Assembly: GCA_002269645.1 (NCBI GenBank)
Contig: NIVC01000877.1
Coordinates: 1-64,000 of the forward strand
DNA: 64,000 bases
Direction: 5' to 3'
Source: Macrostomum lignano
Taxonomy: Eukaryota
Positions 63,236 through 64,000 of this stretch are shown piece by piece (position 1 is the first letter of the stretch; every line of letters starts with the position of its first letter). The notes under the pieces were generated by a model. It was not told the DNA's origin, made no database searches, and saw nothing but the letters and a program-made list of their open reading frames with translations. Position numbers and translations under genes: made by a program.

Positions 63236-64000
63236 ACGCTTCGATGGTTAAATGCGGAAAAAAGTGGTGCAACTTTCAAAGTTGACTCAGGAAACGGCAC
63301 CACCATATACCCTAGCAATCCTAATTAGTAATCCTACCTTGTTTGGTGAGCTCAAATTGAGTTTCAACCCTGACTGTGGCTGGTCATGTGATTTTTGCAA
63401 GAAAACCTTAAAAAACCCAAAATATGTTATTAAAGTACATGGGATTTCAATCGAGCCCCCCATAGGCAACAATAATACTAATAAAGTAAAGCAGATTAAT
63501 AGTTCCCTAACCGAACTTGAGCAGCTGGCAGTCAAAGAAATCAACAGCCCCAGCTGTCTGCATGGCTGGCTGCCGAGGAGGCCCAGGGCGAGCCGGTGCA
63601 CACAGCAGGATAAACTGATTAGCTGCATTAATAAGCCGGCCCCAGGTTTTCTACTTTCATTCTCCCGCCTGGCTGTCTCTGTAGCCAGCCTCCCCCCCCG
63701 AGTCCCGAGACTCGCGTCTTCGATTCTGAAGCCGGAGAGGCCGCTGCACTCGCTCTCAGATTTCCATCCCCAGCAGCAGCCGCCCAACCCCCGATTCAAT
63801 TCAGCCCGCCCGCTCCTCTACCTGCCACGGTAAGGGGGAGGCAAATGATCAAATATAAGAATATTAAATGCATTTCCCAAAATTGAGAACTGCATGAGAA
63901 CAGGAGCCTTGAGCTCTTATTGAGAAAGAACAAGAATACTATATTATTATTGAAAATGAGAGGCATGGGGATTAGAGGGAGACGAGAGAGAGAGAGAGGG

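Overview
Eukaryotic, intron-containing animal DNA. High GC3 exons and introns packed with locus-specific minisatellites suggest a free-living flatworm such as Macrostomum; this is an inference. Genes supported by sequence: a 7-EC delta-type protocadherin (+, 12902-20273); two tandem paralogues encoding an ankyrin-repeat array spliced in frame to a Mab-21/cGAS-like nucleotidyltransferase (ANK-cGLR; +, 21628-25407 and 35546-41312); a WSC-domain gene (-) and a GPI-anchored two-domain Ly6/three-finger-like gene (+) between them; a TNFAIP8/TIPE family exon (+); the spacer and polymerase part of mitochondrial DNA polymerase gamma (-); and an intronless KChIP/NCS-type EF-hand gene (+). Also present are two copies of a tRNA-derived SINE, an antisense 5'-truncated LINE with a 13-bp TSD in an ANK-cGLR intron, and about 30 tandem-repeat arrays that explain most of the long spurious ORFs. 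The strongest candidate for a new system is the ANK-cGLR pair. Both copies keep the GS...DID...D catalytic triad and a His/Cys-rich insert. They carry 14 versus 28 ankyrin repeats and share patches of near-identical DNA in the Mab-21 lobe. As assembled, both copies contain frameshifts, which may be sequencing errors.
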